DNA of 64,000 nt from an uncultured delta proteobacterium (GTDB lineage: Bacteria > Desulfobacterota > RBG-13-43-22), in contig CAWJJC010000023.1 in assembly GCA_963843145.1 (NCBI GenBank), positions 32,001-96,000 on the forward strand, given 5' to 3'. Position numbers and translations under genes: made by a program. The notes under the pieces are model-generated. The model had not been told where the DNA came from. It saw nothing but the letters and a program-made list of their open reading frames with translations, and made no database searches. This document shows positions 30,315 through 39,096 of this stretch, piece after piece; within the stretch, counting starts at the first letter, position 1; the number at the start of each line of letters is the position of its first letter.

Positions 30315-30419
30315 GCTGACTCCTTTGAAAAATCAAAACTAGCCAAAAATATTTGAAATATTTTTAGATTCTGACATCCATTGTTAGAGACAAATTCTCA
30401 GAACAATGGATGTAAGAAT

Positions 30420-31514
30420 CTAAAGGCTGATAAATTCTTGAATTAGGGCCACGACGGTGTCAATCTCCCCCCAGGTCAATCCGGCCCCCGAAGGCAAAGA
30501 GATCCCCAGGGCCGAAATTTTTTCAGCTATGGGAAAAGAACCGCTTCCCACATAAGGCGGCATGGTAGGAATTGGATAAAACAGGGGCCTGGACTCTACC
30601 CCGGCCCGGGCCAGAAAGTGAATCAATTCATCCCGGTTTTTATTGAGCTCCGGCTTCAATAAAATGGAATAAAGCCAATAAACATTTTTGGCCCAGGAAG
30701 CTTCCGGGGGTTGGATTACCCCCGCCACCTCCTCAAACTTTTCATGGTAATAGCGGGCGATTTGCCTCTTTTTTTCTAAAATGGCCTCCAGTTTGGTCAT
30801 TTGACCCAAACCGATGGCGGCTTGAACATTGGTCAGGCGGTAATTGAACCCCACCAGGGGATGCCAGTATTTCCGCTCTGTGGACATCCCGTGATCGCGC
30901 AAAATGCGGGCCCGGGCAGCCCAGTCCGGATCGTTCGTGACGATCATACCCCCCTCCCCGGTGGAGATGATTTTGTTGCCGTAAAAACTAAAACAGCCCA
31001 AATGTCCGAGGCCCCCTACTTTTTTGCCGTTATATTCGGCGCCATGGGCCTCAGCGGCATCCTCAACCACCCAAATAGACGCTCTCTCCGCCAACTCCCA
31101 AAGGGGTGCCATGTCGGCGGGATGCCCATAGAGATGAACCGGGATGACCGCCTTGGTCCGCGCGGTAATCCTTGAGGCCACCTGCTCCGGGTCCAACGTC
31201 CAGGTCTCCTCGCTGACATCGGCAAAAACCGGTTTGGCCCCGGCATGGACCACCACATTGGCCGTGGCAATAAAACTTAAAGCCGGGACGATGACTTCAT
31301 CCCCCGGACCTATTCCTAAGGTCACTAAGGATAAATGCAGGGCCGTGGTCCCGTTGGAAGTGGCGACTCCAAAGCGCGTCTGGCAAAATTCCGCAAAGGC
31401 TTTTTCAAAGGAAACGATATATTTCCCTTGCGAAGAAATCCAACCCGTATTCAGACAATCCATAACCCGGTCGATCTCCTGATGATCGATCAAGGGTCCC
31501 ATGATAGGAATCAT
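30420..31514 (-). CDS. DegT/DnrJ/EryC1/StrS sugar aminotransferase (perosamine-synthase-like)
   Basis: NGTTALHL, EDAAEAHG, SFYGNKIISTGEGG and GFNYR motifs. Confidence 0.94.
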   Translation of the reverse strand: MIPIMGPLIDHQEIDRVMDCLNTGWISSQGKYIVSFEKAFAEFCQTRFGVATSNGTTALHLSLVTLGIGPGDEVIVPALSFIATANVVVHAGAKPVFADVSEETWTLDPEQVASRITARTKAVIPVHLYGHPADMAPLWELAERASIWVVEDAAEAHGAEYNGKKVGGLGHLGCFSFYGNKIISTGEGGMIVTNDPDWAARARILRDHGMSTERKYWHPLVGFNYRLTNVQAAIGLGQMTKLEAILEKKRQIARYYHEKFEEVAGVIQPPEASWAKNVYWLYSILLKPELNKNRDELIHFLARAGVESRPLFYPIPTMPPYVGSGSFPIAEKISALGISLPSGAGLTWGEIDTVVALIQEFISL

Positions 31515-31695
31515 TAGGTGCCTCGCTTGAGGTGATGATGGGCTTAACCCGTTTATTGTTCGGCCGTCAGTTTGGAATAGGAGGTTAATACCCCCAACTT
31601 GAGCCCAAACGGTTAAATTTACCCGAGCACTCGAAACTTTTCAAGCAAATTAAGAAGTCGGGTTTTTTGACTGGCTATTGAAAAGAAGGGGGCTG

Positions 31696-31826
31696 TTCGC
31701 CCTTTTGGGTGGGTGGCCGCAATATCGGGTTAGAACCTAAAAAGTCCCGCCCGAGGGAGTAAACCCTTTCGCCGAGCCCCTTCGGCCATACCCGATATGG
31801 GGGGGTACCCACCCAAAAGGGCGAAG
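31696..31826 (-). mobile_element. Inverted-repeat element family, copy 3
   Basis: Perfect 19-bp terminal repeats TTCGCCCTTTTGGGTGGGT at 31696-31714 / 31807-31825. Body matches copy 1 in reverse orientation. Confidence 0.75.
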
Positions 31827-31927
31827 CGTCAAAAGGGTAAACGCGCGGTAAAGGGGATATTAGATCCGGGTGGCCCGGAAACGGCAAACCAGGTTCTAAA
31901 GGAGTTTATTGGGGGATCCGGGTGAAT

Positions 31928-32528
31928 TTAAAAGCTGATAACTTTTTCCGCCACTTGCAGACTGGTGACGATATCCAGCATATTGGTTGTTTCGCCCACC
32001 TTTTTCTGTTCCAACAAGCCGAAATGATTCAGGCATGTGCCGCAGACGAGAACCGAGACGCCTTGCTCGGCCAGCCCCTGAATAAGCGGCAGGGATTCCG
32101 CTCCCTCGATGGTCAATTTGACCCCGGAATTCAAAAAAACCAAGCGCCAGAGACTTTTTCCCATTTCCTTCAAAGTCTTCAAAAAATTGAGCATGAGTTG
32201 GCTGCCCAGGTAGTCATCCCCTGTTCCTAACTTATCCTTGGTAATCAAGATGATCGTTTTTTGAACGCCCTGAATCAGATCCTGAACAACGGCTTCGCAG
32301 GCCGGTCCACCCCGCCCGCCTTTCGGCGATAATCTTAAAATCCGATTCGGCGGTCTCGACGCTGACCCCAAAGCCCCGGCTTTCCAGAAATCTTTTGACG
32401 TTTTCCGCTGAAGCCGGATTGTCCACCAGGACCTGAAAGTGATTCAACTGGGGGTGATTCTCAATATAATCCCGGGCTTCAGTGACCGGCAAGGGGCAGG
32501 ACAGGCCGCGGCAATTCAGAGTCTCCAT
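31928..32528 (-). CDS. yedF: Selenium metabolism protein YedF (TusA/SirA plus DsrE domains), frameshifted near 32310
   Basis: CRGLSCPLPV and VDN in the N-terminal ORF; LGTGDDYLG, FLNSGVKL, CGTCL and GETTNM in the C-terminal ORF. Confidence 0.88.
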
Positions 32529-32660
32529 TCATTCCTCTCGAATAAGTTGTTAACCAATTATTTAAATTTACTCCTTTACTTTATAAGTAGCGCCTTGGAG
32601 GGAGTCAAATAGGAAATCAGGCGAATAGCAAGGCGCTAAAATAGATTTTTTCTATATTAT

Positions 32661-34379
32661 TTAGGACGGGATCGCGGATGGCTTCCCGGCAACCGGCACC
32701 GGAGGCGGAGATTCAGGAGAAGCGACCGTCTTCCTGGAAGGTTCCAAACAGCTTTTCCCCATGTTCAGTTCCTCCATAATGGCAAAAGAAATGTCCCGGG
32801 CAATCTCGCTGATCTGCTGGTAACTGTTCAGCAGTTCCAGGTGCAGGTTGCTGGTCTCTTCGCTTTCTTTGACCCCTTCGGTTAAGCGGTGAATATGGTT
32901 TTGGCGATACTCCCGGATCAGGGCACTGATCCGGGGCTGGGCGGTTACCGCCTCTTCAGCCAGGTAATAATCGTTCTGAACCAGCCCCTTGTGGGTCAGA
33001 CGTAACTGGTCGATCACCCGATGGATCGTGTTCAGCAGTTCCCTTTCCCCCTGAGGGGAGAAGGAGGCTCTCTGCGCCAATTTGGTTTCAATCCTATATT
33101 TTATATCCCGTTCGATTATGTCGCTGATTTTCTCCAGATTGTCCAGGACATGGATTAAGCCGATGGCGTATTGGTGTTCATCGCTACTCAGCGGCTGACG
33201 CAGGACCTTGGTCAGGTAGTCCACGGCGGCCTTAAAGAGCACATCCATCACCCTCTCCCGATAGGCGATTCGCTCCAGAAAATATCGCTTACCGTGGGTG
33301 ATGGTCCGTTCCGTATACCAGAGCATGCGCAGGGTTCCGGCCGAAAGCCGCACCGTTTCCTTGTGGGCCAACCCGATGGCCACTGCCGGCAGGTTGATGA
33401 CCTCCTCGCGCAGAAATTTAGGCTCCAGCTCCGGAATTTTTTTGTCGGGCACCAGCCATTCCAGGAAACGGCTCCCATAACGGCTGAACGGCAGGAAGAC
33501 GGCGGCCAGGCCGACATTAAAAACGGTATGGGCATTGGCCACCTGGAAGGGCGGGTTGGCGGTCAGGAAGGACAGGAAGGCAGCCAGCCAGGGTACCAGA
33601 AAGAAAAAAAGAACCGTCCCCCCCAACTTGGAAAAAAAATGGGACAGGGCCACCCGCTGGGCTTCCCGGCGGGATCCGATGCTGGAAAGCAGGGCGGTGA
33701 AGGAGGTTCCCAGGTTGCACCCGAGAATAAGATAAATTGCGCCGGGAAGATCGATGAGCTGGTAGCCGGCCAGGGCCATGATGATGCCCAGCACCGCTGC
33801 GCTGCTGTGGATCAGGAAGGTGATGACCGAGGCGGCCGCGATGGCCAAAAGCGGATGATTGCTGACCGAAAGCAGGAGTTGGGTGAATTCCGGGACCTTC
33901 TGAAGCGGATGCAGGCTATCGCCCACAATCTTCAGACCGAGGAACAGCAGGCCGAAACCCATGACGGCCTGGCCGATTCGGCGGTATCGGTCTTGCTTGG
34001 CGAAAAAAACGATGGGCGAGCCGATCCCCACGATCAACAGCGACAGCTCCGTAAATTTCAGAGCGATCAACTGGGCCGTGACCACGGTTCCGATGTCCGC
34101 CCCCAGAATTACCGGCATGGATTGCCGCAGGGTGATGACCGCCGCGTTGGTAAGACCTACCAAGATAACCGTCGTGGCCGTGCTGCTCTGAAAGAGCATG
34201 GTGACCAGGACCCCGGCCAGGACTCCCAGTATAGGCCTGCGGGTCACCGACTCCAGCAGACGCCGCAACTGCTTTCCCAGAATCTTCTGCAGTCCGTCCC
34301 CCATGACCTGGATCCCGTAAAGAAGGATCCCGATACCGCCGAAGAGGCCTAAGAGAATGGTTATCCAGGGGATGGGCAC
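32661..34379 (-). CDS. Na/Pi cotransporter family protein with PhoU-like C-terminus
   Basis: QSSTA, GADIGT, HSSAA, GCNLGT and ANAHTVFN motifs. Confidence 0.93.
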   Translation of the reverse strand: MPIPWITILLGLFGGIGILLYGIQVMGDGLQKILGKQLRRLLESVTRRPILGVLAGVLVTMLFQSSTATTVILVGLTNAAVITLRQSMPVILGADIGTVVTAQLIALKFTELSLLIVGIGSPIVFFAKQDRYRRIGQAVMGFGLLFLGLKIVGDSLHPLQKVPEFTQLLLSVSNHPLLAIAAASVITFLIHSSAAVLGIIMALAGYQLIDLPGAIYLILGCNLGTSFTALLSSIGSRREAQRVALSHFFSKLGGTVLFFFLVPWLAAFLSFLTANPPFQVANAHTVFNVGLAAVFLPFSRYGSRFLEWLVPDKKIPELEPKFLREEVINLPAVAIGLAHKETVRLSAGTLRMLWYTERTITHGKRYFLERIAYRERVMDVLFKAAVDYLTKVLRQPLSSDEHQYAIGLIHVLDNLEKISDIIERDIKYRIETKLAQRASFSPQGERELLNTIHRVIDQLRLTHKGLVQNDYYLAEEAVTAQPRISALIREYRQNHIHRLTEGVKESEETSNLHLELLNSYQQISEIARDISFAIMEELNMGKSCLEPSRKTVASPESPPPVPVAGKPSAIPS

Positions 34380-34400
34380 CGGCTAGAAGGACCTTTCTAT

Positions 34401-34500
34401 TTAATCAATCAGTACCGGGCATGGAGTGCGGTGCAGCACCTTCTGGCTGACGCTGCCGATGATGACCCCGCGCAGCGGGCCTTTTTCACGCCCTCTCGGA
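34401..34500 (-). pseudogene. Universal stress protein C-terminal remnant
   Basis: Reads PRGREKGPLRGVIIGSVSQKVLHRTPCPVLID*, with an upstream in-frame stop and no start codon. Confidence 0.7.
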
Positions 34501-34537
34501 GACCTTCTGAAATATATGACTTTTTATAAAATTATAG

Positions 34538-34553
34538 AGCAAATCACATGCCA
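34538..34553 (-). promoter_or_regulatory. Sigma-54 promoter (-24/-12)
   Basis: TGGCAT-GTGAT-TTGCT on the minus strand, upstream of the usp remnant and the Na/Pi transporter. Confidence 0.7.
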
Positions 34554-34860
34554 TCTAGCGACTCTGGGATCTAAAACAGTTAATCTAATAAATTTAAATG
34601 GTTACAATAGGTTCCCCTCGATAGCTTTTTCGTGTTTCTTGAATTTATTGAAATTCCTGACAGAGGTGTAACCTGACCAAGTGATTTGTGCCCTGACAAC
34701 TGGCCCATTCATCCTCCCCTTGGCCAGGGTGAACGGGATGACGATCCCTAGAAAGCCTGTCATCATTTGATTGACCCTGAAACCTGAATTTGGTAAACCA
34801 AATACATTTAGCCAGAGACAACCGGTTTGATTACCTTTATCCAACGCTGGAGAAAGCAAG

Positions 34861-36735
34861 ATGTTCGAAGAAAAATGGGTATCGGCCGATGAGGCCTTGA
34901 GCCGGATAAAAAAGGGGAGCCGGGTCTTTATCAGCTCCGGCTGCGGGGAACCCCAATACTTGGTAGAACGGCTGGTCAAACAGGCCGAGCGTTTCTTTGA
35001 CGTCGAGATTATTCATGTCCTGAGCATTCGGGATCCCGGTTACTCTTCCACCGGGTTGAGCCACCACTTCCGGGTCCGGACTTTCTTCGTGGCCGGCCGC
35101 GGGGCCCGGGAGGCAGTCTGGGAAGGACGGGCGGAATACATCCCTATTTTCATTTCCGACATCCCCCGACTGTTCAACGACCGGCGCCTGGAGATCGACA
35201 CCGCTTTAATCCAGGTTTCCCCGCCGGACAAAAACGGTTATATGAGCCTCGGAATTGCCGTGGACGTGGCCAAGGAAGCGGTGGAGGCCGCCGGAACGGT
35301 CATCGCCCAGGTCAACCCGGCCATGCCGACCACCCTGGGCGGCGGCTTCATCCACATTCGCGATGTCGATTTCCTGGTCGACAAGGAGGAGCCTCTGCTC
35401 GAGGTGGGGAGGCCCCCGTTGAGCGAAACCGATTGGGCCATCGGTCGCAACGTGGCCCGCCTGGTGGAAAACGGGTCCACCCTACATGCCGGTCTGGGGC
35501 ATCTCCCGGCCACGGCCCTGCTGTCCCTGAAGGACAAAAAAGATTTGGGCATCCATACCGATATGCTTACCGAGGCCTACTTGGAATTAATCCGTTCCGG
35601 GGCCGTCACCAACGAGAAGAAAGAGATCAACCGTAAAAAGGCCATCGCCTCCTACTGCCTCGGCGGCCGCGAGCTGTTCGATTTCGTGCACCTGAATCCC
35701 TTTGTGGAATTCCATCCGGTGGCTTACACCAATGACCCCAATGTCATCAGCCAGCACGATTCGATGGTTTCCATCCATGAGGCCCTGGAGGTTGATTTTT
35801 CCGGGCTGGTCTGCACCTCCAGTGGCCGGAACCGGATCTATAGCGGCATCGGCGGCCTGGTCGATTTCATGCGTGGCACCTCACGGGCCCGGCAGGGGAA
35901 GTTTATCATTGTCTTGCACTCCCTGACCCGGGACGGCCAAGCCTCCTGCATCGTCCCCGGCATCCCCCCCGGTTCGGGGCTGATAGCCAGTCGCGCGGCC
36001 GTTCAGTACGTGGTGACCGAATTCGGGTGGACGAATTTGCATGGCAAGTCCCTTCGGGATCGGGCCATTGCCCTGTTAGAGATCTCCCACCCCAAGTTTC
36101 GCCAGGAGTTACTGAACCGGGCCCAGTTGGATGGACTGCTGGCCCATGGTGAACCGATCACCTTCTCCACCGCCGGTATCTACCCGACGGAAATGGAAAA
36201 GAAATTCACCCGTCGCGATCAGTCCTTACTGTTGCGGCCGGCCAAACCCACCGATCTCCGCTCCATCCAGGAATTTTTTTACGGGCTCAGCGATCAGGAC
36301 ATATACTACCGGTTTCTCCGTTCCAAGCACACCTTTCCCCGGGAAGAAATGGCCGCCATCGTGGATATCGACTACCATAACCGGATGACCCTCCTGGTCC
36401 TCTCCGGCGACCCGGCCTTTGAGAAAATCGTGGCGCTCGGGCGCTATATCGCCGAATCCGCCCAGGGGTTAGCCGAAATCGATATCGCGGTGAGCCCGGA
36501 TTACCGCCGTCTAGGCCTCGGGCAGGCGGTGCTTGACGTTCTTTTCGAAACCGCCAGAAACAAAGGCTTCCAGGGGATTAAGGCCCTGGTGGATTACGAC
36601 AACCCCAGGATGATCATGCTTCTCAAGAAAATGGGCTATAACATGCGGGCCACCCTGGATCACGGGGTCTATGAAATCGAAATTCTGTTCGAGGAAAAAT
36701 CCGAGGAGCCCTCCTTCGTGGTTACGTATGCCTGA
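34861..36735 (+). CDS. Acetyl-CoA hydrolase/transferase-like domain fused to a GNAT acetyltransferase
   Basis: ALIQVSPPD..G..SLG, VNPAMP, SGIGG..DF.RG and VVTEFG, followed by GNAT-like YYRFL and YRRLGLG. Confidence 0.9.
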   Translation: MFEEKWVSADEALSRIKKGSRVFISSGCGEPQYLVERLVKQAERFFDVEIIHVLSIRDPGYSSTGLSHHFRVRTFFVAGRGAREAVWEGRAEYIPIFISDIPRLFNDRRLEIDTALIQVSPPDKNGYMSLGIAVDVAKEAVEAAGTVIAQVNPAMPTTLGGGFIHIRDVDFLVDKEEPLLEVGRPPLSETDWAIGRNVARLVENGSTLHAGLGHLPATALLSLKDKKDLGIHTDMLTEAYLELIRSGAVTNEKKEINRKKAIASYCLGGRELFDFVHLNPFVEFHPVAYTNDPNVISQHDSMVSIHEALEVDFSGLVCTSSGRNRIYSGIGGLVDFMRGTSRARQGKFIIVLHSLTRDGQASCIVPGIPPGSGLIASRAAVQYVVTEFGWTNLHGKSLRDRAIALLEISHPKFRQELLNRAQLDGLLAHGEPITFSTAGIYPTEMEKKFTRRDQSLLLRPAKPTDLRSIQEFFYGLSDQDIYYRFLRSKHTFPREEMAAIVDIDYHNRMTLLVLSGDPAFEKIVALGRYIAESAQGLAEIDIAVSPDYRRLGLGQAVLDVLFETARNKGFQGIKALVDYDNPRMIMLLKKMGYNMRATLDHGVYEIEILFEEKSEEPSFVVTYA

Positions 36736-36800
36736 TCCCCGGCACCCCTTTCCGCTCCAGAATTTCCGCCCCTTATTATTCTGCCGGAAGCGAATACGCT

Positions 36801-37967
36801 TTGGTCCGCACCAGCCTTTACCTCTTTCTAATCGTTTTTCTAACCGGCTACGGTTTGGTTAACGCCTATATTTTCATCCGGGGCTGGCCGGCCACGGCCT
36901 GGATGCGGCGTTTTTGGCGAAAGGCCGTCCTGCTGCTCTTCTGGCTGTCCGTCCTCTCCTACCCCCTGGGCCGTTTTTTAAGCAGGCTGGTGCCTCTTCC
37001 GGGAGAAGACGGGCTGGTCCTGATTGGATCTTTTTATCTGGCCGTCATGATTTACCTGTTTTTGGGTTTGCTTTTTCTGGACATCCTCCGTCTAATCCGC
37101 TACTTGACCCCAACAGTCCTGAAAAAACGCTTTCGGCCCTTCGGGATAGCCCCCCGAACAAAATTTCTGCTGGTGATCGGCATCGTACTGATCACGGTAT
37201 CCCTGGGACACTGGAATGCCGTACACCCTCGAATTCGAAACCTGGAGATAATCCTCCCTCAATCCACCGGTCCCAGGAAACAATTGAGCGTGGTCATGGC
37301 CTCGGACCTGCACCTGGGGCGGATCATTCGCAACTCCCGCCTGGAAAAAATCGTCGGGCTGATTAACGAATTGAAACCGGACCTGGTCCTGCTGGCCGGA
37401 GACCTGACCGATGAGGACATTTCTTTTCTCTCGGATCAGAACACGGCCGCTATCCTGCAGCGGATCCAGGCCCCTTTAGGCGTCTATTCGGTTACCGGGA
37501 ATCACGAATACTATGGTGGGATAAAAAAAGCCGTGGCCCTCTTAAAACAGGGAAAGGTACAGGTCTTGGAAGACCGGACCGTCCGGATCGGCGACTTCCT
37601 TTACCTGGTCGGACGGAAAGACCGGACGGCGGAACGGTTTGGAGAGCAAAGAAAACCGTTGGGGGAACTGATGAAGGAGGTGCCTTCCGGATACCCCGTT
37701 ATCCTGATGGACCACCAGCCCTTCCAGTTGGCGGAGGCCCAGCGGCAGGGCGTTGGTTTGCAGTTATCCGGGCATACCCATAACGGGCAGCTTTTTCCGA
37801 TCAATTACATTGTGGGACGGATTTTTGAAAATCCCTGGGGCTACCTCAAAAAAGGGAATACCCACTATTACGTTTCCTGCGGGGTGGGCACTTGGGGTCC
37901 GCCGGTGCGCACCTGCAGTATCCCCGAAATTATTCATATCCGCTTGACCCTCCAGCCGGGTTCCTAA
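36801..37967 (+). CDS. Membrane-anchored metallophosphoesterase (YkuE/YaeI-like)
   Basis: N-terminal TM helices plus SDLHLG, GDL, GNHE and SGHTHNGQ motifs. Confidence 0.92.
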   Translation: MVRTSLYLFLIVFLTGYGLVNAYIFIRGWPATAWMRRFWRKAVLLLFWLSVLSYPLGRFLSRLVPLPGEDGLVLIGSFYLAVMIYLFLGLLFLDILRLIRYLTPTVLKKRFRPFGIAPRTKFLLVIGIVLITVSLGHWNAVHPRIRNLEIILPQSTGPRKQLSVVMASDLHLGRIIRNSRLEKIVGLINELKPDLVLLAGDLTDEDISFLSDQNTAAILQRIQAPLGVYSVTGNHEYYGGIKKAVALLKQGKVQVLEDRTVRIGDFLYLVGRKDRTAERFGEQRKPLGELMKEVPSGYPVILMDHQPFQLAEAQRQGVGLQLSGHTHNGQLFPINYIVGRIFENPWGYLKKGNTHYYVSCGVGTWGPPVRTCSIPEIIHIRLTLQPGS

Positions 37968-37978
37968 AAATTCCGCCG

Positions 37979-38083
37979 CTTCGCCTTTTTGAGTGGGTAC
38001 CCCCCAGATCTGGTATGGCCGTGGGGATTTCAGCGATTAATGGGCTACCAAAATATTTGTGGCCACCCACCCAAAAGGGCGAA
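37979..38083 (+). mobile_element. Inverted-repeat element family, copy 4 (minimal)
   Basis: CTTCGCCTTTTTGAGTGGGTACCCCCCAGATCTGGTATGGCC ... GGCCACCCACCCAAAAGGGCGAA. Confidence 0.75.
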
Positions 38084-38184
38084 CAACCAAAATTCCTTAG
38101 CCCAAGAAAAACTTCTTCGGCCCCTGGTCGGTACGGACGCTATGGACGGCGCAGGACAGGCAGGGATCAAAAGAATAGATTCCC

Positions 38185-39096
38185 TTATTGGGTAGGAACC
38201 ACCGTTTTGGAGAGTTTGACCGGGTTCAGACGGATAATTAAACCCTCCAGGCTGATCCGGTCTAGGTGGGGAACGGTCCGGTGAAAAGAGAATAGGTAGG
38301 CACCCTCCACCAGCTCCGGTTTGAGGAAGGGGAGGCAGTGTTGACGGAAATCTTCATAGGCCAGGGTATTCATCAGGTCAAAGCATTTCAAGGTTTCGGG
38401 ATATGGTCTTTTCGATTTCCGTCCCTGGCAGTCAAAATCCCGGGGAAGAACGCGATCCAGTAAAGGAAGGAGGTCTACTTGGTCCTTATCCACTGTTCCC
38501 AGAAGCCTGATAAAATTGACCGGGATGAATCTTTTTCTGTTGGGAAGCTTATAAAACATGCGTCCTTCCGGATCGATTTTTATTTCCTTGTAATTGGTCC
38601 CCAGGTTCCAATTCGAAGAACGCACATTATGATTGATGGCCAAATCCTGGAGCCCGAGACGCCAGTTTTTGAGGTTATAAAGGCTGGCCTGATCCGCTGA
38701 ATTGGTTTGAGTTGGGGGAAAGCAGGGTTCCAGGAGAAAGCGAAAGTAGTTCTGGGAAAGTGACTGGTTGAGCCGGGTTAACTCCTGGATTTCCCGATTC
38801 AACTTGCGGGCGGTCTTCAGCCAACCTTCTCCCAGCCGCCTGACGTATAATTCCTTAAAGTGCTGGAAGGACTCGGGGTTGCGATCATGGTTCAGCTTTT
38901 CAAAGGCCAGATTGAGCTCGGCCACTTTTCTGTTTCTCAGCGTTTTTAAGGGTTCGTTTCCTAGAGGCGCTCGGTCGGGATGATAAATCATGATCAAGGC
39001 CCGGTAAGAGGACCGGATCAGGGCAAACAGCTCCTTTCCTTCCAGCGTTCGGACGATTTCCGGAGAAAGCCCTAATAATTCAAAAGGGTTCTTCAT
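38185..39096 (-). CDS. J-domain protein (class C)
   Basis: NPFELLGL, YR.L..IYHPD and LNLAFEKL motifs. Confidence 0.82.
   Translation of the reverse strand: MKNPFELLGLSPEIVRTLEGKELFALIRSSYRALIMIYHPDRAPLGNEPLKTLRNRKVAELNLAFEKLNHDRNPESFQHFKELYVRRLGEGWLKTARKLNREIQELTRLNQSLSQNYFRFLLEPCFPPTQTNSADQASLYNLKNWRLGLQDLAINHNVRSSNWNLGTNYKEIKIDPEGRMFYKLPNRKRFIPVNFIRLLGTVDKDQVDLLPLLDRVLPRDFDCQGRKSKRPYPETLKCFDLMNTLAYEDFRQHCLPFLKPELVEGAYLFSFHRTVPHLDRISLEGLIIRLNPVKLSKTVVPTQ

Noticed and set aside
33171-34352. Long antisense ORFs (393 aa here, also 48640-49563, 45470-46327, 7020-7661 and 62537-63238)
   Set aside because: They are shadows of well-supported genes on the opposite strand in GC-rich sequence and carry no motifs of their own.
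9397-38195. Short ORFs such as 9397-9588, 28463-28669, 31675-31887 and 37989-38195, some with similar PPTQKGE peptides
   Set aside because: They are translations of the non-coding repeat element rather than a protein family.
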